DNA of 64,000 bases from Bacteroidota bacterium. Its GTDB lineage: Bacteria > Bacteroidota > Bacteroidia > Bacteroidales > UBA7960. The position numbers and the translations under genes are program-made. Position 1 is the stretch's first letter, and every line of letters begins with the position of its first letter. Positions 11,069-22,205 of the stretch are shown here, piece after piece. The notes below the pieces were generated by a model. That model worked only from the letters and a program-made list of their open reading frames with translations, was not told where the DNA came from and searched no databases. The stretch spans positions 7,006 through 71,005 of the forward strand of contig JAGXRQ010000019.1 of assembly GCA_018335675.1 (NCBI GenBank), in the 5' to 3' direction.

Positions 11069-12184
11069 TTAAATTGTCTTCCCTATATATATACTTCCGC
11101 CAATGCTATTTGCTGAACTTCCGGTAACTGATGACAGGCTATTTTCTATTTGCAATATTCTTAGTAGTCCCATAAATGCAAATATCATAGCTTCTTTATA
11201 TTCTATAATTTTCTTAGAAGGAATAGTAATAGTCTTGCTTATATGCTTTTTTAGGAGCTTTATTAAATATTTGTTATAAGCACCACCTCCGGATATTAAA
11301 ATTTTATTTCCCTCTTCTCTTTCAACTATGTCTTGAATTTGCATTACTATATGATGATAGAATGTGTTGAGAGTATTTTCAATCGATAAGTTGAATTCTT
11401 TAAATATTGGATAGATATTTTCATTTACCCACTCTTCTCCAAGGCTTTTTGGTCCCGGAATTTTGTAATGTTTTATTTCGTTAAGTTTATTCAACATCTG
11501 CATATTAGGTTTCCCTTTTGATGCAATATATCCATCAGGGTCGCAGCTCAAAAACTCTGAGTTATTGCTTACGCAGAAAAAATCCTTTACAGGAATCTTA
11601 GCATCTAAAATAACTTTATTTATAACAAAGTTTGCCGGACAGATGTCGAAAGCTACCGGTATATTATTTTTCTTGAATGATATATTTGCAAAACCACCCA
11701 AATTGATGCAAAAATCATATTCTCCAAAAAGCAGTGTATCTCCAATTGGAACTAATGGTGCTCCTTGTCCCCCCATTGCAACATCTAATGACCTGAAGTC
11801 TGCTATAACAGTCTTTTTTGTTTCTGCTGCAATTGATGCTGCATTGCCAATTTGAAATGTCATCTGCTTTTCGGGTTGGTGAAATACAGTATGACCATGA
11901 CTAGCAATAAACTCAGGTTCAAAATTTTTATGTGCCGATAAGTATTTATTAACCTGTGTGCCTAAATATCTTCCGTACTCATTATGCAATAATATCAAAT
12001 CTCTGCCTGATAAAAGTGGTGCAAGGCGTAGTTTATTTTCCCATTCTTCAGTATATGGATAGGTTTCAGCGTTTAATATTTCATACTCCCAGTTTCCATC
12101 ATTCAATTGAAACTTGCAATATGCAATGTCTAGCCCATCTAGTGATGTTCCTGACATAAGCCCTATACCTTTATGGATGTCCAT
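11069..12184 (-). CDS. anmK: Anhydro-N-acetylmuramic acid kinase
   Basis: GLMSGTSLDGLD, ASHGHTVFH, DFRSLDVAMGGQGAPLVP, SGGGAYN and KEAMIFA. Confidence 0.95.
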   Translation of the reverse strand: MDIHKGIGLMSGTSLDGLDIAYCKFQLNDGNWEYEILNAETYPYTEEWENKLRLAPLLSGRDLILLHNEYGRYLGTQVNKYLSAHKNFEPEFIASHGHTVFHQPEKQMTFQIGNAASIAAETKKTVIADFRSLDVAMGGQGAPLVPIGDTLLFGEYDFCINLGGFANISFKKNNIPVAFDICPANFVINKVILDAKIPVKDFFCVSNNSEFLSCDPDGYIASKGKPNMQMLNKLNEIKHYKIPGPKSLGEEWVNENIYPIFKEFNLSIENTLNTFYHHIVMQIQDIVEREEGNKILISGGGAYNKYLIKLLKKHISKTITIPSKKIIEYKEAMIFAFMGLLRILQIENSLSSVTGSSANSIGGSIYIGKTI

Positions 12185-12191
12185 ATTTCAG

Positions 12192-13520
12192 TTATAATGA
12201 AGTTAATAATACTTCAAGTTTTATTCCACGTGAACCTTTAATTAAAACGGTCGATTTGTTTATTTCGTTTTGGGCAATCCATTTATTAGCTGCATTTACT
12301 TCCTCAAAATAATGATAAGTTTGATATTTGTTCTGCAGGGAATGAAAGACTTTTCCTATTAATAAAACCTGTTGAAACTTATGTTTGTCAATCCATCTTA
12401 AAATGTTCTCATGCTCTTGTTCTGCATAATCACCCATTTCCAGCATATCACCAAGGATAAGCACTTTTGGGTCAGCTCCAAATGTTAAAAAGCTTTCCAA
12501 AGATGCCAGCATACTAGTGGGGTTTGCATTATAAGCATCCATGAAAATAAGGTTATTACCATTATTAATAATCTGAGAGCGGCTATTATCAGGTGTGTAT
12601 TCTTCGATAGCCTTATTAATATCTTTTTCTGAAACTCCAAAATAAAGCCCAACGGAAATAGCAGACAAAATATTCTCAAAATTATAAATGCCCGTAAGAT
12701 GTGATTCCACTATTGAATCAACATTTCTTTTGCAAGCACCGAATATTGAGTTAGTAAAATATTCTACTTTTAAAAATTCTTTTGAATTTATTAAAGTTCC
12801 TTGAAGCTCATTATTTGAACCTTCTCCATATTTAATAATGCGGTTGTATGCTAAAGAAATGTTTTTTAGAATTTCATTTTCACCTCTTTGAAAAATTACT
12901 CCACTATTTTTTATCAGATGACGATATAACGCTCCCTTAGTTTCAATAATAGTTTCAATGTTTTTAAATCCTTCTAGGTGTGCTTTACCAATATTGGTGA
13001 TAATTCCATGCGTAGGGTTAACAATTTCGGAAAGCATTGCTATTTCGCCCGGTTGGTTTGCTCCAATTTCAATAATAGCAATTTCATGAGAATTCTTTAA
13101 TTCGAGAATAGTTAATGGTGCTCCGATATGATTATTTAAGTTTCCTTTTGTTGATAAAACGTTGAATTTTTTTGAAAGGACTTTTGTAATGAGCTCTTTA
13201 GTTGTAGTTTTTCCGTTGGAGCCTGTAATAGCTAGTACAGGGATTTCAAATTGATTTCTATATTTTTTTGCTAACTCTTGTAAGAACAACAAACAATTAT
13301 CAACCTTTATTATTTTCGGGTGCTTATCTTTAATGTCTTCATCTATTATAGCATATTCACAGCCTGATTCAATAGCATTCAAAGCAAAATTATTCCCATT
13401 AAACAGATCTCCTTTAAGTGCTATAAATATATTTCCTTTCGTTGCTTTTCTACTATCAGTGCAAATTTTATAACCTTTTTTTATCAGATTTATTATCAGG
13501 TCAAGATTTTTATTCATCAA
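12192..13520 (-). CDS. murF: UDP-N-acetylmuramoyl-tripeptide--D-Ala-D-Ala ligase
   Basis: TDSR, ITGSNGKTTTKE, GNLNNHIG, DAYNANPTSM, LGDMLE and KGSRG. Confidence 0.96.
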   Translation of the reverse strand: MMNKNLDLIINLIKKGYKICTDSRKATKGNIFIALKGDLFNGNNFALNAIESGCEYAIIDEDIKDKHPKIIKVDNCLLFLQELAKKYRNQFEIPVLAITGSNGKTTTKELITKVLSKKFNVLSTKGNLNNHIGAPLTILELKNSHEIAIIEIGANQPGEIAMLSEIVNPTHGIITNIGKAHLEGFKNIETIIETKGALYRHLIKNSGVIFQRGENEILKNISLAYNRIIKYGEGSNNELQGTLINSKEFLKVEYFTNSIFGACKRNVDSIVESHLTGIYNFENILSAISVGLYFGVSEKDINKAIEEYTPDNSRSQIINNGNNLIFMDAYNANPTSMLASLESFLTFGADPKVLILGDMLEMGDYAEQEHENILRWIDKHKFQQVLLIGKVFHSLQNKYQTYHYFEEVNAANKWIAQNEINKSTVLIKGSRGIKLEVLLTSL

Positions 13521-13588
13521 TAGGTGTTATAAATGGTTAGTAGTAATAACATTTATTTGCATTAATGACTTTTGATATTTTTAGCGGT

Positions 13589-13621
13589 AAAAAAACCCAT
13601 TTGCAGAAGCAAATGGGTTTT
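13589..13621 (-). terminator. Intrinsic terminator after gldJ
   Basis: AAAACCCATTTGC-AGAA-GCAAATGGGTTTT perfect stem with a T tract on the minus strand. Confidence 0.8.
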
Positions 13622-13643
13622 AAAAACCTTTGTATAATAAGTA

Positions 13644-15116
13644 TTAATATCCTCCTACAGCACTTCCAACTCTGTTCATAGCGCAGCGGAATCCAATATC
13701 GTTTGTAGATTCATTCTCGTCAAGGAATCTTCTAGTTCCAGGAACAATCCAGTATGCACGATCTTTCCAGCTACCACCTTTGTAAACGCGTGATTGGTCG
13801 TTTATTAAAGTAGTGATGCCATGTTCGTACATGATTTTTCCAGGCTCATTTGCTTTATCTTCTTGATCGAAGAAGATACTTGATGCATGGTCTCCATCTC
13901 TGTAGCTAATATTGTCGGCATAACGATAGTTGCGGCGAGTAAGATTTTCCTCAAGAGTAACATCTCTCCATATCAAGCGGCCAAGGCTGTCTTTTGGAAC
14001 AATCTGATTTTCTTCGTCTTTAAGAAGGGTTTGGAAAACATTACCTCTAAAAGGTCTGAAGTCAGAAAGATCTTCTGCAGATATTGGTCTGTAAACATCT
14101 TTTACCCATTCACTAACGTTTCCTGCCATGTTGTATAAGCCATAGTCGTTTGGCCAGTATGCATAAACAGGTGCAGTAACGTCAGCTGCATCATTTAGAT
14201 TTCCTGATACACCCATCATATCACCACGACCACGCTGAATGTTAGCCATAAAATTACCCATTGATTTTGGTTGAGAGCTGCGAACATTATGCCCGTCCCA
14301 TGGGTACATCCTTCTTTCAACGATTCTTTCATAAACAGTGTTTCCGATTAGACCAAGTGCTGCGAATTCCCATTCTGCTTCTGTAGGCAAACGGTATGCA
14401 GGAAGTAATAATCCATCCTCGCGACGAACTCTTCTTTCTCCAGTACCTCTTGGGTCTAGGTCGCGAAGATTTTGTATAATCATTCCTTCATATTGTCCAA
14501 CAATATAGGCTTCAGTATTAAAATTTCTTTCATTTACCTGATCAGGATCCCAATCAAGAATTCCTTCACGGATAAGAATATATTCATTAACCCTGTCAGT
14601 TCTCCAAGCAGCGTATTCTCTAGCTTGACGCCAGCTGATTCCAACTACAGGATGTTCCCTGTAAGCAGGGTGCCTTAAATAGTCATATATATAAGGCTCA
14701 TTATAGGCCAGCCTGTCTCTCCAAACAAGAGTGTCCGGAAGAGCATTTATATATACCTCAGGGTATGTAGCTCCGAATACACGGCTAATCCAATATAAAT
14801 ATTCACAATAGTCTAGGTTTCTAACCTCAGTTTCATCCATATAGAATGATGCAACAGTAACGCGGCGAGGAATATTGTTCCAATCGAACAATACGTCTTG
14901 CTCGGTACGTCCCATAACAAATGTACCACCTTCTATAAAGACTAAACCGGGGCCTGTTTCCTGGCCTTGGTATGCTCTTACTTCAAAACCTCCTGTACGG
15001 GAGTCGTTATAGAACCACCCTGTTGCAGGTGAGGATTCTTGTTTGCACGATGAAAATAGAGACATTGCAAAAATAAATGCAAAAATTAACATCAAGTTTT
15101 TGGAATTCCTTGTCAT
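13644..15116 (-). CDS. gldJ: Gliding motility lipoprotein GldJ (FGE-sulfatase/SUMF1 fold)
   Basis: Lipobox FSSC, S.ATGW.YN...GGF, QETGPGLVFIEGGTFVMG, RLPTEAEWE, NMAGNVSEW and IGFRCAM. Position between murF and porU fits gldJ rather than gldK. Confidence 0.85.
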   Translation of the reverse strand: MTRNSKNLMLIFAFIFAMSLFSSCKQESSPATGWFYNDSRTGGFEVRAYQGQETGPGLVFIEGGTFVMGRTEQDVLFDWNNIPRRVTVASFYMDETEVRNLDYCEYLYWISRVFGATYPEVYINALPDTLVWRDRLAYNEPYIYDYLRHPAYREHPVVGISWRQAREYAAWRTDRVNEYILIREGILDWDPDQVNERNFNTEAYIVGQYEGMIIQNLRDLDPRGTGERRVRREDGLLLPAYRLPTEAEWEFAALGLIGNTVYERIVERRMYPWDGHNVRSSQPKSMGNFMANIQRGRGDMMGVSGNLNDAADVTAPVYAYWPNDYGLYNMAGNVSEWVKDVYRPISAEDLSDFRPFRGNVFQTLLKDEENQIVPKDSLGRLIWRDVTLEENLTRRNYRYADNISYRDGDHASSIFFDQEDKANEPGKIMYEHGITTLINDQSRVYKGGSWKDRAYWIVPGTRRFLDENESTNDIGFRCAMNRVGSAVGGY

Positions 15117-15150
15117 AATAGTGCTTTTTTAATGAATTTCACAAAAATAA

Positions 15151-16113
15151 CTAAAAAGTTGGACAATTTAGTATACGATATTTCGATTTTTTTCTTTTAC
15201 AATCAAATTTCAGTGAAACACTGAGTTCGTGGACTCCCGTAGTAATTCCGTAAAGTCCTGATAATGAATAATCATAGCTGTATCCAATGCGGTAAAACCC
15301 ATTGTTAACACCTAATAAAAAAATTGCATAATAATTATTTTTTAGATCATATCTAAGCCATCCTCCGACGGTCATGATCCAATAATCTACATATAATCCG
15401 GCATTAATTCTCTGAAATAAAGCTTGATTTTGGTAAATAACATTTGGGGAAATTCTCAAATCTTCATTATTCCCTTTGCCATAAAAGAAGTTATAGCCCA
15501 AATGAGCTGTATATTTAATTGGTAGCCTGTCAGGCGTATAAAACCCCATATCAGGCCTTGATAAGTGATATGCTGAAATACCGCCATACAAATTTTCTGA
15601 ATATAGCAATATGCCTGCAGCAAAATCAGCACTGTGCTTCATGTCTGTCGGGGGTGGTGTTTCTCCTGTTGGCATGTAACCGCTGCTAAATGGGTTGTAC
15701 TGATCTGCAAAAATATAATTATCCCAATTTAACTCTTTTCTATAGTATGCAGCTTTAACTCCAAAACTTGCCGAATATTTATCTGATAAGTTCAGGTGAT
15801 ATGCATAAACACCGCCGATAGAATATGTTGCCAACATTCCGGATTGCCTGTCTGCAAATGCTAATATTCCCAAACCACCTGATAAAGTAGGAGAATCACT
15901 ATCATAAGAAACACTGTATGTTGAATATGTTCCAAAAGTTGGCCAAGGGTGATTCCTGTAGTTAATACTTAGCTTTTTACATTGTGTGCCGGCAAAAGCG
16001 GGATTCAGATATAGTGGATTGGCATAGAATTGAGAAAAAATAGCATCTTGTGCGATGCCGATAATTGGCATACAACAGACAATCAATATTGTTATGATGG
16101 TTTTTCTTTTCAA
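15151..16113 (-). CDS. Type IX secretion system membrane protein, PorP/SprF family
   Basis: QD..FSQFYANPLYLNPAFAG, NYRN.W, IGYSYDY and HELS beta-barrel pattern. Confidence 0.92.
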   Translation of the reverse strand: MKRKTIITILIVCCMPIIGIAQDAIFSQFYANPLYLNPAFAGTQCKKLSINYRNHPWPTFGTYSTYSVSYDSDSPTLSGGLGILAFADRQSGMLATYSIGGVYAYHLNLSDKYSASFGVKAAYYRKELNWDNYIFADQYNPFSSGYMPTGETPPPTDMKHSADFAAGILLYSENLYGGISAYHLSRPDMGFYTPDRLPIKYTAHLGYNFFYGKGNNEDLRISPNVIYQNQALFQRINAGLYVDYWIMTVGGWLRYDLKNNYYAIFLLGVNNGFYRIGYSYDYSLSGLYGITTGVHELSVSLKFDCKRKKSKYRILNCPTF

Positions 16114-16446
16114 TTTCTCAATATTTATGCACTAAATGATTAAACGTTAAAGAGATAGTACAAGTTTCAAAAAAGATTTTTATATTTTCAAGTTTGATTT
16201 ATTCCAGATGCGAAAATATACTTTTTTATTAATACGATTTATAAGTTTGTAAAGTATATTAATGTCAAAAATAAATTGCGTTTTTTTCCGTTGGTAAAAA
16301 TATCATGTTTTTTAATATTGTCAAAATTATTTTAATTATATGATTGTGTTGTTTGTCAAGGTTTTAAGTGATTTCTTGAAAAACAATTTTACTTTTTATT
16401 TGTTATTTTATTAAAGTTGTTGACTTTTATAGTGAAAAATAAATCT

Positions 16447-19400
16447 ATGTACATCTTGTCAAAGTTAAAAATAATACTTGTTTTTGTGTTTTTATGTGCC
16501 TTATATAATAATATACAGGGCGCAAGTTTTTCTGTTACTGATACTGTCAAAGTGGATATAACCTGGGAAGGCGTAAAAGATTACATTATAGATAAAGAAA
16601 ATAAATTACAGTATCTCTCATTTCAAGGTTCTAAATATATTGGCGAACCCTCAGGAGTAGAAGTTTTTAATCATAGATTTACCTTAGATGTTCCTCATTT
16701 CTATCCGGAAATATATTTGTCAGAAATAATTACAGAGCCTGCAACAATTGATGAAAGTTTGTTTCTCGAAAATCTGGGGTATTTACATGAAGAATTTCAA
16801 GAAATCTTTAAAAATGAAGGTTCAGGAAATCAATTTTTTCTTGATTATTTTGTTGTTCCTGTGAGGTATAATTCCGAAATGGGCATTTATGAAAAGCTCC
16901 AAAGCTTTAGCTTGATATATAATTATATATATAATCCAAAACATACTTACGGAGGTATTCATGAATATGCCGATAATTCAGTATTAGCTTCAGGGAGTTG
17001 GTACAAACTGTGTGTTAATGAAACAGGAATATACAAGATTAGTTATAATGATTTGATAGCATTGGGTGTAAATCCGGCTCAAATTCAGAAATCATCTATT
17101 GCGCTTTATGGTAATAGAGGTGGGATGTTGCCTGAGCCAAATGATGTGCCCAGACCTGATGATTTAATTGAAAATGCAATTTTTGTAAGTGGAAGCTCAG
17201 GGGGGGTTGGCCAAAATGATTATATATTGTTTTATGGGCAAAGTCCTCATAGTTGGGAGTTTGATAATTCAAGCAAGTTATTCAATCATAAAGTTCATCT
17301 GTATGCTGATGAATCTTGTTATTTCCTGACAACATCTGCAACAAACGGTAAGCGCATACAGAGTCGACAGTCGGCAACTGAAGCAGCAACTCATCAGGTT
17401 GCAAAATTTCAGGATTATGCCTTTCATGAAAATGATATGTATAACCTTATTGAAAGTGGCAGAGAATGGTATGGTGAAATATTTGATATTACTCTTTCAA
17501 GAACATTTGATTTTAATTTTCCCAATATAGATAATGCATCCAAAGTAAGCATTGTTTTGGATGCGGCTGCAAGATCTACATCAGCTAGTAGTTTTGTAGT
17601 AAAGTCGGGAAGTAACCAGAAAATTATAAATATAAGTTCGATAGACCCTGCAGCCGTGACATCTTATTATGCAAGACCAGGAAGGGGTGTCCTCGACTTT
17701 TTTCCGCAATCTGGAAATAATATATCAGTAGAAGTTATTTATAATAAAACGGCTACAGGTGGAAGAGGATGGTTAAATTACATTGCTGTTAATGCTACAC
17801 GTAATTTGCAATTTTCTGGTTCTCAGATGGGTTTCCGAAATGTTATGAATATAGGAAGCGGCAACATTTCTAATTATGCAATGGGGAATGCTAATAATCA
17901 AATTATTATTTGGGATGTGACAGATCCTTATAATATTGTTAGTCAAAGTTATCAATTGTCAGGTAGTCAGGCGGCTTTTCGGGTCGAGACAAGTATTTTA
18001 AGAGAGTTTTATGCATTTAATGGAACATCATTTAAAACAGCTAATTTAAAGGGAGCTATCCAAAATCAAAACTTGCACGCAATTGCCGGTGTGGATCTAA
18101 TTATAATTTGTCCTGATGTTTTTTTGTCTGAAGCTACCAGACTGGCAAATTACAGACTTGAGAATGATGGGCTTACCTCTATAATAGTGACACCTGAGCA
18201 AGTTTATAATGAATTTTCATCAGGTGTTCGAGATATTGCTGCAATAAGGAATTTTTTAAAAATGTTTTACGACAGAGCTGATGGTTCTGATAATTATCCT
18301 AAATATTTGTTGCTATTCGGAAACGGCACTTATGACAATAGAGATATATTAGGTTACGGGGGTAATCTAATTCCAACGTTTCAAACATTGGAATCATTAC
18401 ATCATGGTGAATCATGGATGACAGATGATTTTTTTGGGTTGTTAGATGACATTGAAGGAGATGGCGCAACCGGAATGCTGGATATTGGTATTGGGCGATT
18501 CCCTGTTAGAAGTTTAGAGCAAGCCAAAAACACAGTTGATAAAGTGATTAGGTATGATAATAGAGTTGAAGGATGGGATCCGGGTAGTGACGATTTATAC
18601 TGGCTTAGTAAAATTTCTAATTACTCCGACTGGAGAAATATGATAACATTGATAGCCGACGATCAAGATGTGAATATTCACTTTAATCAGGCTGAAGCTA
18701 TATATCAAACACTTCACACTCAGTATCCTGTTTATAATATTGAGAAAATTTATCTTGATGCTTATGAACAAACTAACTTGGCCGGAGGATCAAGATATCC
18801 TGAGGTAAATAAAGCTATTAATAATAGAGTAAATCAAGGAGCTTTGCTTGTAAATTATATCGGACACGGTGGTAGGCTTGGACTAGCCCACGAGAGGATA
18901 GTTACTTTTGATGATATCAATACTTGGAATAATTTTTACAATATGCCTGTCTTCTTAACAGCCACGTGTGAATTCAGTGCTTTTGATATTGCCTCGCCTG
19001 AAGATCTTTCAGCTGGAGTAAGAATTTTTCTTAAAAAAGATGGCGGAGCAGCAGCCTTGTTTACTACTACAAGATTAGCTTGGTCAAGTGCTAACTTTTC
19101 TCTTAATGAAAGGTTTATTGATAATGCCTTTAAACCGATGAGTAATGGAAAAATGCCTAGACTTGGTGATTTGCTTAGATTGTCAAAGACTTCCGCTGAT
19201 AAAGTTAAGAATTTTGTATTGCTTGGCGACCCATCAATGCAAATGGCCTACCCTAGGTATAATGTAGTAACAGAAATAGTCCCGGATACAATTAAGGCAT
19301 TCCAATTGGTTGAAATATCAGGGTATATTACCGACCAAAACGGTAATATTGCAGATACTTATAATGGTGTAGTTTTTCCTAAAGTGTATGACAAGAAAAA

Positions 19401-20310
19401 GAGATACACAACCCTCGCAAATGATGCCGGAAGCACGGCAAGTAATTTTGATATGCAAAATTCTGTTATCTATAAAGGAAAAGCCAGCGTTGTAAATGGT
19501 AGGTTCACATTTTCTTTTGTGGTTCCTCAAGATATCAATTATTCCTACGGCGCAGGAAAACTAAGTTATTATGCTGACGATGGAAGTATTGACGCAAAAG
19601 GATTTAGTAAGGATTTTATCATTGGAGGAACATCTGATAATTATAATGCTGATAATATTGGACCAAAAATCAGATTATTTATGAATGATACAACTTTTGT
19701 GTCAGGCGATATTACTGATGAGAATCCTATTTTGATTGGCTTTCTTTATGATGAAAGCGGCATTAACGTTACCGGAAATCTCGGGCATGATCTTATCGCA
19801 TTTCTTAATAATGACAGAGCCAATACTTTTGTTCTGAATCAGTTTTATGAAGCTGATTTAGATACATATAAAAGTGGTAAGCTAGCATATCCGTTTTTTA
19901 ATATTTCTGAAGGAAGTCACACTCTTACATTGAGAGCTTGGGATGTTTTTAATAACTTTTCTGAAGAGTCGATTGATTTTGTTGTAAGTAGCTCGGCGGT
20001 GCTTGCACTTTATGATATTTTGAATTATCCAAACCCTTTCAATATTAAAACAAACTTTGTTTTTAAACATAATATTCCTGCTGAGGAAATGGAGGTTAGT
20101 ATTGATATTTATAATATCAACGGACAAATCGTAAAGAATCTGAACACAGAAATTGAATCAATAGGATATCAATCGCCGCCTATAGAATGGGATGGAAAAG
20201 ACAATTATGGGAAGCTAATTGGTTCAGGAATTTATGTTTACAGAATAGTTGTAAAAACTATTGATGGAAGAAGGGTTTCGGGATCAAGTAGATTGGTGAT
20301 AATAAGATAG
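16447..20310 (+). CDS. porU: Type IX secretion system sortase PorU (C25 peptidase)
   Basis: NSVLASGSWYK, IYLDAY, catalytic NYIGHGG and TATCEF, LLGDP, and a C-terminal T9SS CTD (NYPNPF...SGIYVYRI). Upstream of porV. Alternative start at 16417. Confidence 0.93.
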   Translation: MYILSKLKIILVFVFLCALYNNIQGASFSVTDTVKVDITWEGVKDYIIDKENKLQYLSFQGSKYIGEPSGVEVFNHRFTLDVPHFYPEIYLSEIITEPATIDESLFLENLGYLHEEFQEIFKNEGSGNQFFLDYFVVPVRYNSEMGIYEKLQSFSLIYNYIYNPKHTYGGIHEYADNSVLASGSWYKLCVNETGIYKISYNDLIALGVNPAQIQKSSIALYGNRGGMLPEPNDVPRPDDLIENAIFVSGSSGGVGQNDYILFYGQSPHSWEFDNSSKLFNHKVHLYADESCYFLTTSATNGKRIQSRQSATEAATHQVAKFQDYAFHENDMYNLIESGREWYGEIFDITLSRTFDFNFPNIDNASKVSIVLDAAARSTSASSFVVKSGSNQKIINISSIDPAAVTSYYARPGRGVLDFFPQSGNNISVEVIYNKTATGGRGWLNYIAVNATRNLQFSGSQMGFRNVMNIGSGNISNYAMGNANNQIIIWDVTDPYNIVSQSYQLSGSQAAFRVETSILREFYAFNGTSFKTANLKGAIQNQNLHAIAGVDLIIICPDVFLSEATRLANYRLENDGLTSIIVTPEQVYNEFSSGVRDIAAIRNFLKMFYDRADGSDNYPKYLLLFGNGTYDNRDILGYGGNLIPTFQTLESLHHGESWMTDDFFGLLDDIEGDGATGMLDIGIGRFPVRSLEQAKNTVDKVIRYDNRVEGWDPGSDDLYWLSKISNYSDWRNMITLIADDQDVNIHFNQAEAIYQTLHTQYPVYNIEKIYLDAYEQTNLAGGSRYPEVNKAINNRVNQGALLVNYIGHGGRLGLAHERIVTFDDINTWNNFYNMPVFLTATCEFSAFDIASPEDLSAGVRIFLKKDGGAAALFTTTRLAWSSANFSLNERFIDNAFKPMSNGKMPRLGDLLRLSKTSADKVKNFVLLGDPSMQMAYPRYNVVTEIVPDTIKAFQLVEISGYITDQNGNIADTYNGVVFPKVYDKKKRYTTLANDAGSTASNFDMQNSVIYKGKASVVNGRFTFSFVVPQDINYSYGAGKLSYYADDGSIDAKGFSKDFIIGGTSDNYNADNIGPKIRLFMNDTTFVSGDITDENPILIGFLYDESGINVTGNLGHDLIAFLNNDRANTFVLNQFYEADLDTYKSGKLAYPFFNISEGSHTLTLRAWDVFNNFSEESIDFVVSSSAVLALYDILNYPNPFNIKTNFVFKHNIPAEEMEVSIDIYNINGQIVKNLNTEIESIGYQSPPIEWDGKDNYGKLIGSGIYVYRIVVKTIDGRRVSGSSRLVIIR

Positions 20311-20356
20311 ATGATTGTAAATTTATTTTTTAGCAATAACCTAGTTTTTTTATCGT

Positions 20357-20364
20357 TATATTTG
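20357..20364 (+). promoter_or_regulatory. -7 promoter element (TATATTTG) for porV-ispF
   Basis: Matches TAnnTTTG in the porU-porV gap. Confidence 0.55.
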
Positions 20365-20464
20365 CGCCCTGATTTATAAAGCTTTGATTATAAACTTTGA
20401 ATATAATGTCCAGGGCTTTAATTGTTTGTTAACGAATATATTAGTTTGAAAATCAAAATTAAGT

Positions 20465-21637
20465 ATGAACATGAATATTAGTTTTTTGAAAAGATTATTC
20501 TCGTTATTACTCTTGTTAATGGTTAGTTATTCAATCTCATATTCTCAGGATGATAATGGTTCGTCTAACAATGATAAGGTTAACACTGTTACTACAGCGG
20601 TTCCTTTTCTTATGATTACACCTGATGCAAGAGCAGGTGCTATGGGTGATGCAGGTGTTTCGTCAACTCCTGACGTGTTTTCAATGCATTGGAATCCTGC
20701 AAAATATGCTTTTACAGAATCAAAATTTGCTGCAGCATTAAGTTATACACCATGGCTGAGAAATCTTGTTAATGACATTGGTTTGTCATATTTGAGTGGC
20801 TATTATAAAATTGATGAACTTCAAACAATTGCTGCATCTTTGATGTATTTTTCGCTTGGGGAAATTCAGTTTACAGATATCAATGGATTGCCAATGGGGA
20901 CATACAAGCCAAACGAAATGGCGATTGATTTTGCATATGCAAGATTGTTGGGAGAGCAACTTTCAGGCGCTATTGCAGTAAGATATATATATTCAGATTT
21001 AACTCAGGGTCAGGTTGTGGAAGGTATGCCCACAAAGCCTGGACGTGCTGTTGCAGCCGATGTTTCAGCATATTATAAAAATGAGCTTGAATGGAAAACT
21101 CCTGCGTTGTTTGCTTTTGGGTTTAATATTTCGAATATAGGTAATAAGATCTCTTACACTGATGATGTAAATGCCAATTTTATTCCTATCAACCTTAGGT
21201 TGGGGCCATCTATGTTATTCGATTTGGATGATTTCAATCAGTTTGCCGTTATGGTCGATATGAACAAATTGCTTGTTCCTACTCCTAATCCTGAGAGAGC
21301 CGAAGAAATTCAAAATATGTCGGTTGTTTCCGGCATGTTTAATTCTTTTTCAACAGCTCCGGGTGGATTTAGCGAACATCTAAATGAAATTACTTATTCT
21401 GTTGGGATGGAATATCTTTATGATAAGCAATTTGCAATTAGAGCAGGTTACTTCAACGAGCATAGACTTAAAGGAAATCGTAAATATTTCAATATGGGAT
21501 TTGGTCTTAAATATAATGTTCTCGCCCTTGATTTCAGTTATCTTGTGCCGGTTGGAGTGCTCAGTCCATTACAAAATACAATTCGTATTTCTTTGTCGTT
21601 CGATTTCCATTCATACGCAGTACAACAAAGGCAATAA
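20465..21637 (+). CDS. porV: Type IX secretion system outer-membrane channel PorV
   Basis: TTAVPFL.ITPDARAGAMGD, HWNPAKYAF, SYTPWL and KGNRKYF. porU-porV-ispF order. Confidence 0.94.
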   Translation: MNMNISFLKRLFSLLLLLMVSYSISYSQDDNGSSNNDKVNTVTTAVPFLMITPDARAGAMGDAGVSSTPDVFSMHWNPAKYAFTESKFAAALSYTPWLRNLVNDIGLSYLSGYYKIDELQTIAASLMYFSLGEIQFTDINGLPMGTYKPNEMAIDFAYARLLGEQLSGAIAVRYIYSDLTQGQVVEGMPTKPGRAVAADVSAYYKNELEWKTPALFAFGFNISNIGNKISYTDDVNANFIPINLRLGPSMLFDLDDFNQFAVMVDMNKLLVPTPNPERAEEIQNMSVVSGMFNSFSTAPGGFSEHLNEITYSVGMEYLYDKQFAIRAGYFNEHRLKGNRKYFNMGFGLKYNVLALDFSYLVPVGVLSPLQNTIRISLSFDFHSYAVQQRQ

Positions 21638-21661
21638 CTTCTTTAATTCAAAACATAATCA

Positions 21662-22141
21662 ATGGATATAAGGGTTGGTATAGGATATGATGTTCATAGA
21701 CTTGAGGAAGGATACAAACTATTCATTGGGGGTGTAAAGGTACCATACGAAAAAGGAGCAGTCGGACATTCAGATGCAGATGTGCTAATTCATGCAATAA
21801 TGGATGCTCTATTGGGTGCTGCTGCACTGAGAGACATAGGATTTCACTTTCCTGATACAGATAATAGCTATAAAGGAATTGATAGTAAAGTGCTGCTTAA
21901 GAAAGTTAAAGAAATATTGGATTACCATAATTGGGCTATTGTTAACATCGACACGGTAATTTGCCTTCAAGCACCCAAAATATCATCTCTTATTCCGGAT
22001 ATGCAACAAAAAATTGCTGATGTTTTAGGGTTGGAGCCAGATAAGGTTAGCATTAAAGCCACAACTACTGAAAAGCTTGGATTTATTGGAAGAGGAGAGG
22101 GAATAAGCGCTCAGGCTGTATGTTTGATTGCTAAGAAGTAA
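21662..22141 (+). CDS. ispF: 2-C-methyl-D-erythritol 2,4-cyclodiphosphate synthase
   Basis: RVGIGYDVH, GHSDADVLIHAI.DALLGA, DIG.HFP and KATTTE.LGF.GR.EG. Confidence 0.97.
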   Translation: MDIRVGIGYDVHRLEEGYKLFIGGVKVPYEKGAVGHSDADVLIHAIMDALLGAAALRDIGFHFPDTDNSYKGIDSKVLLKKVKEILDYHNWAIVNIDTVICLQAPKISSLIPDMQQKIADVLGLEPDKVSIKATTTEKLGFIGRGEGISAQAVCLIAKK

Positions 22142-22160
22142 GTTGTAAGTCGAAAGTCGG

Positions 22161-22202
22161 CATTAACCATTAACCATTAACCATTAACAATTAACCATTA
22201 CC
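22161..22202. repeat. Heptamer tandem array (CATTAAC) x6 between convergent ispF and lptB
   Basis: cattaac x4, then aattaac and cattacc. Confidence 0.85.
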
Positions 22203-22205
22203 AAC

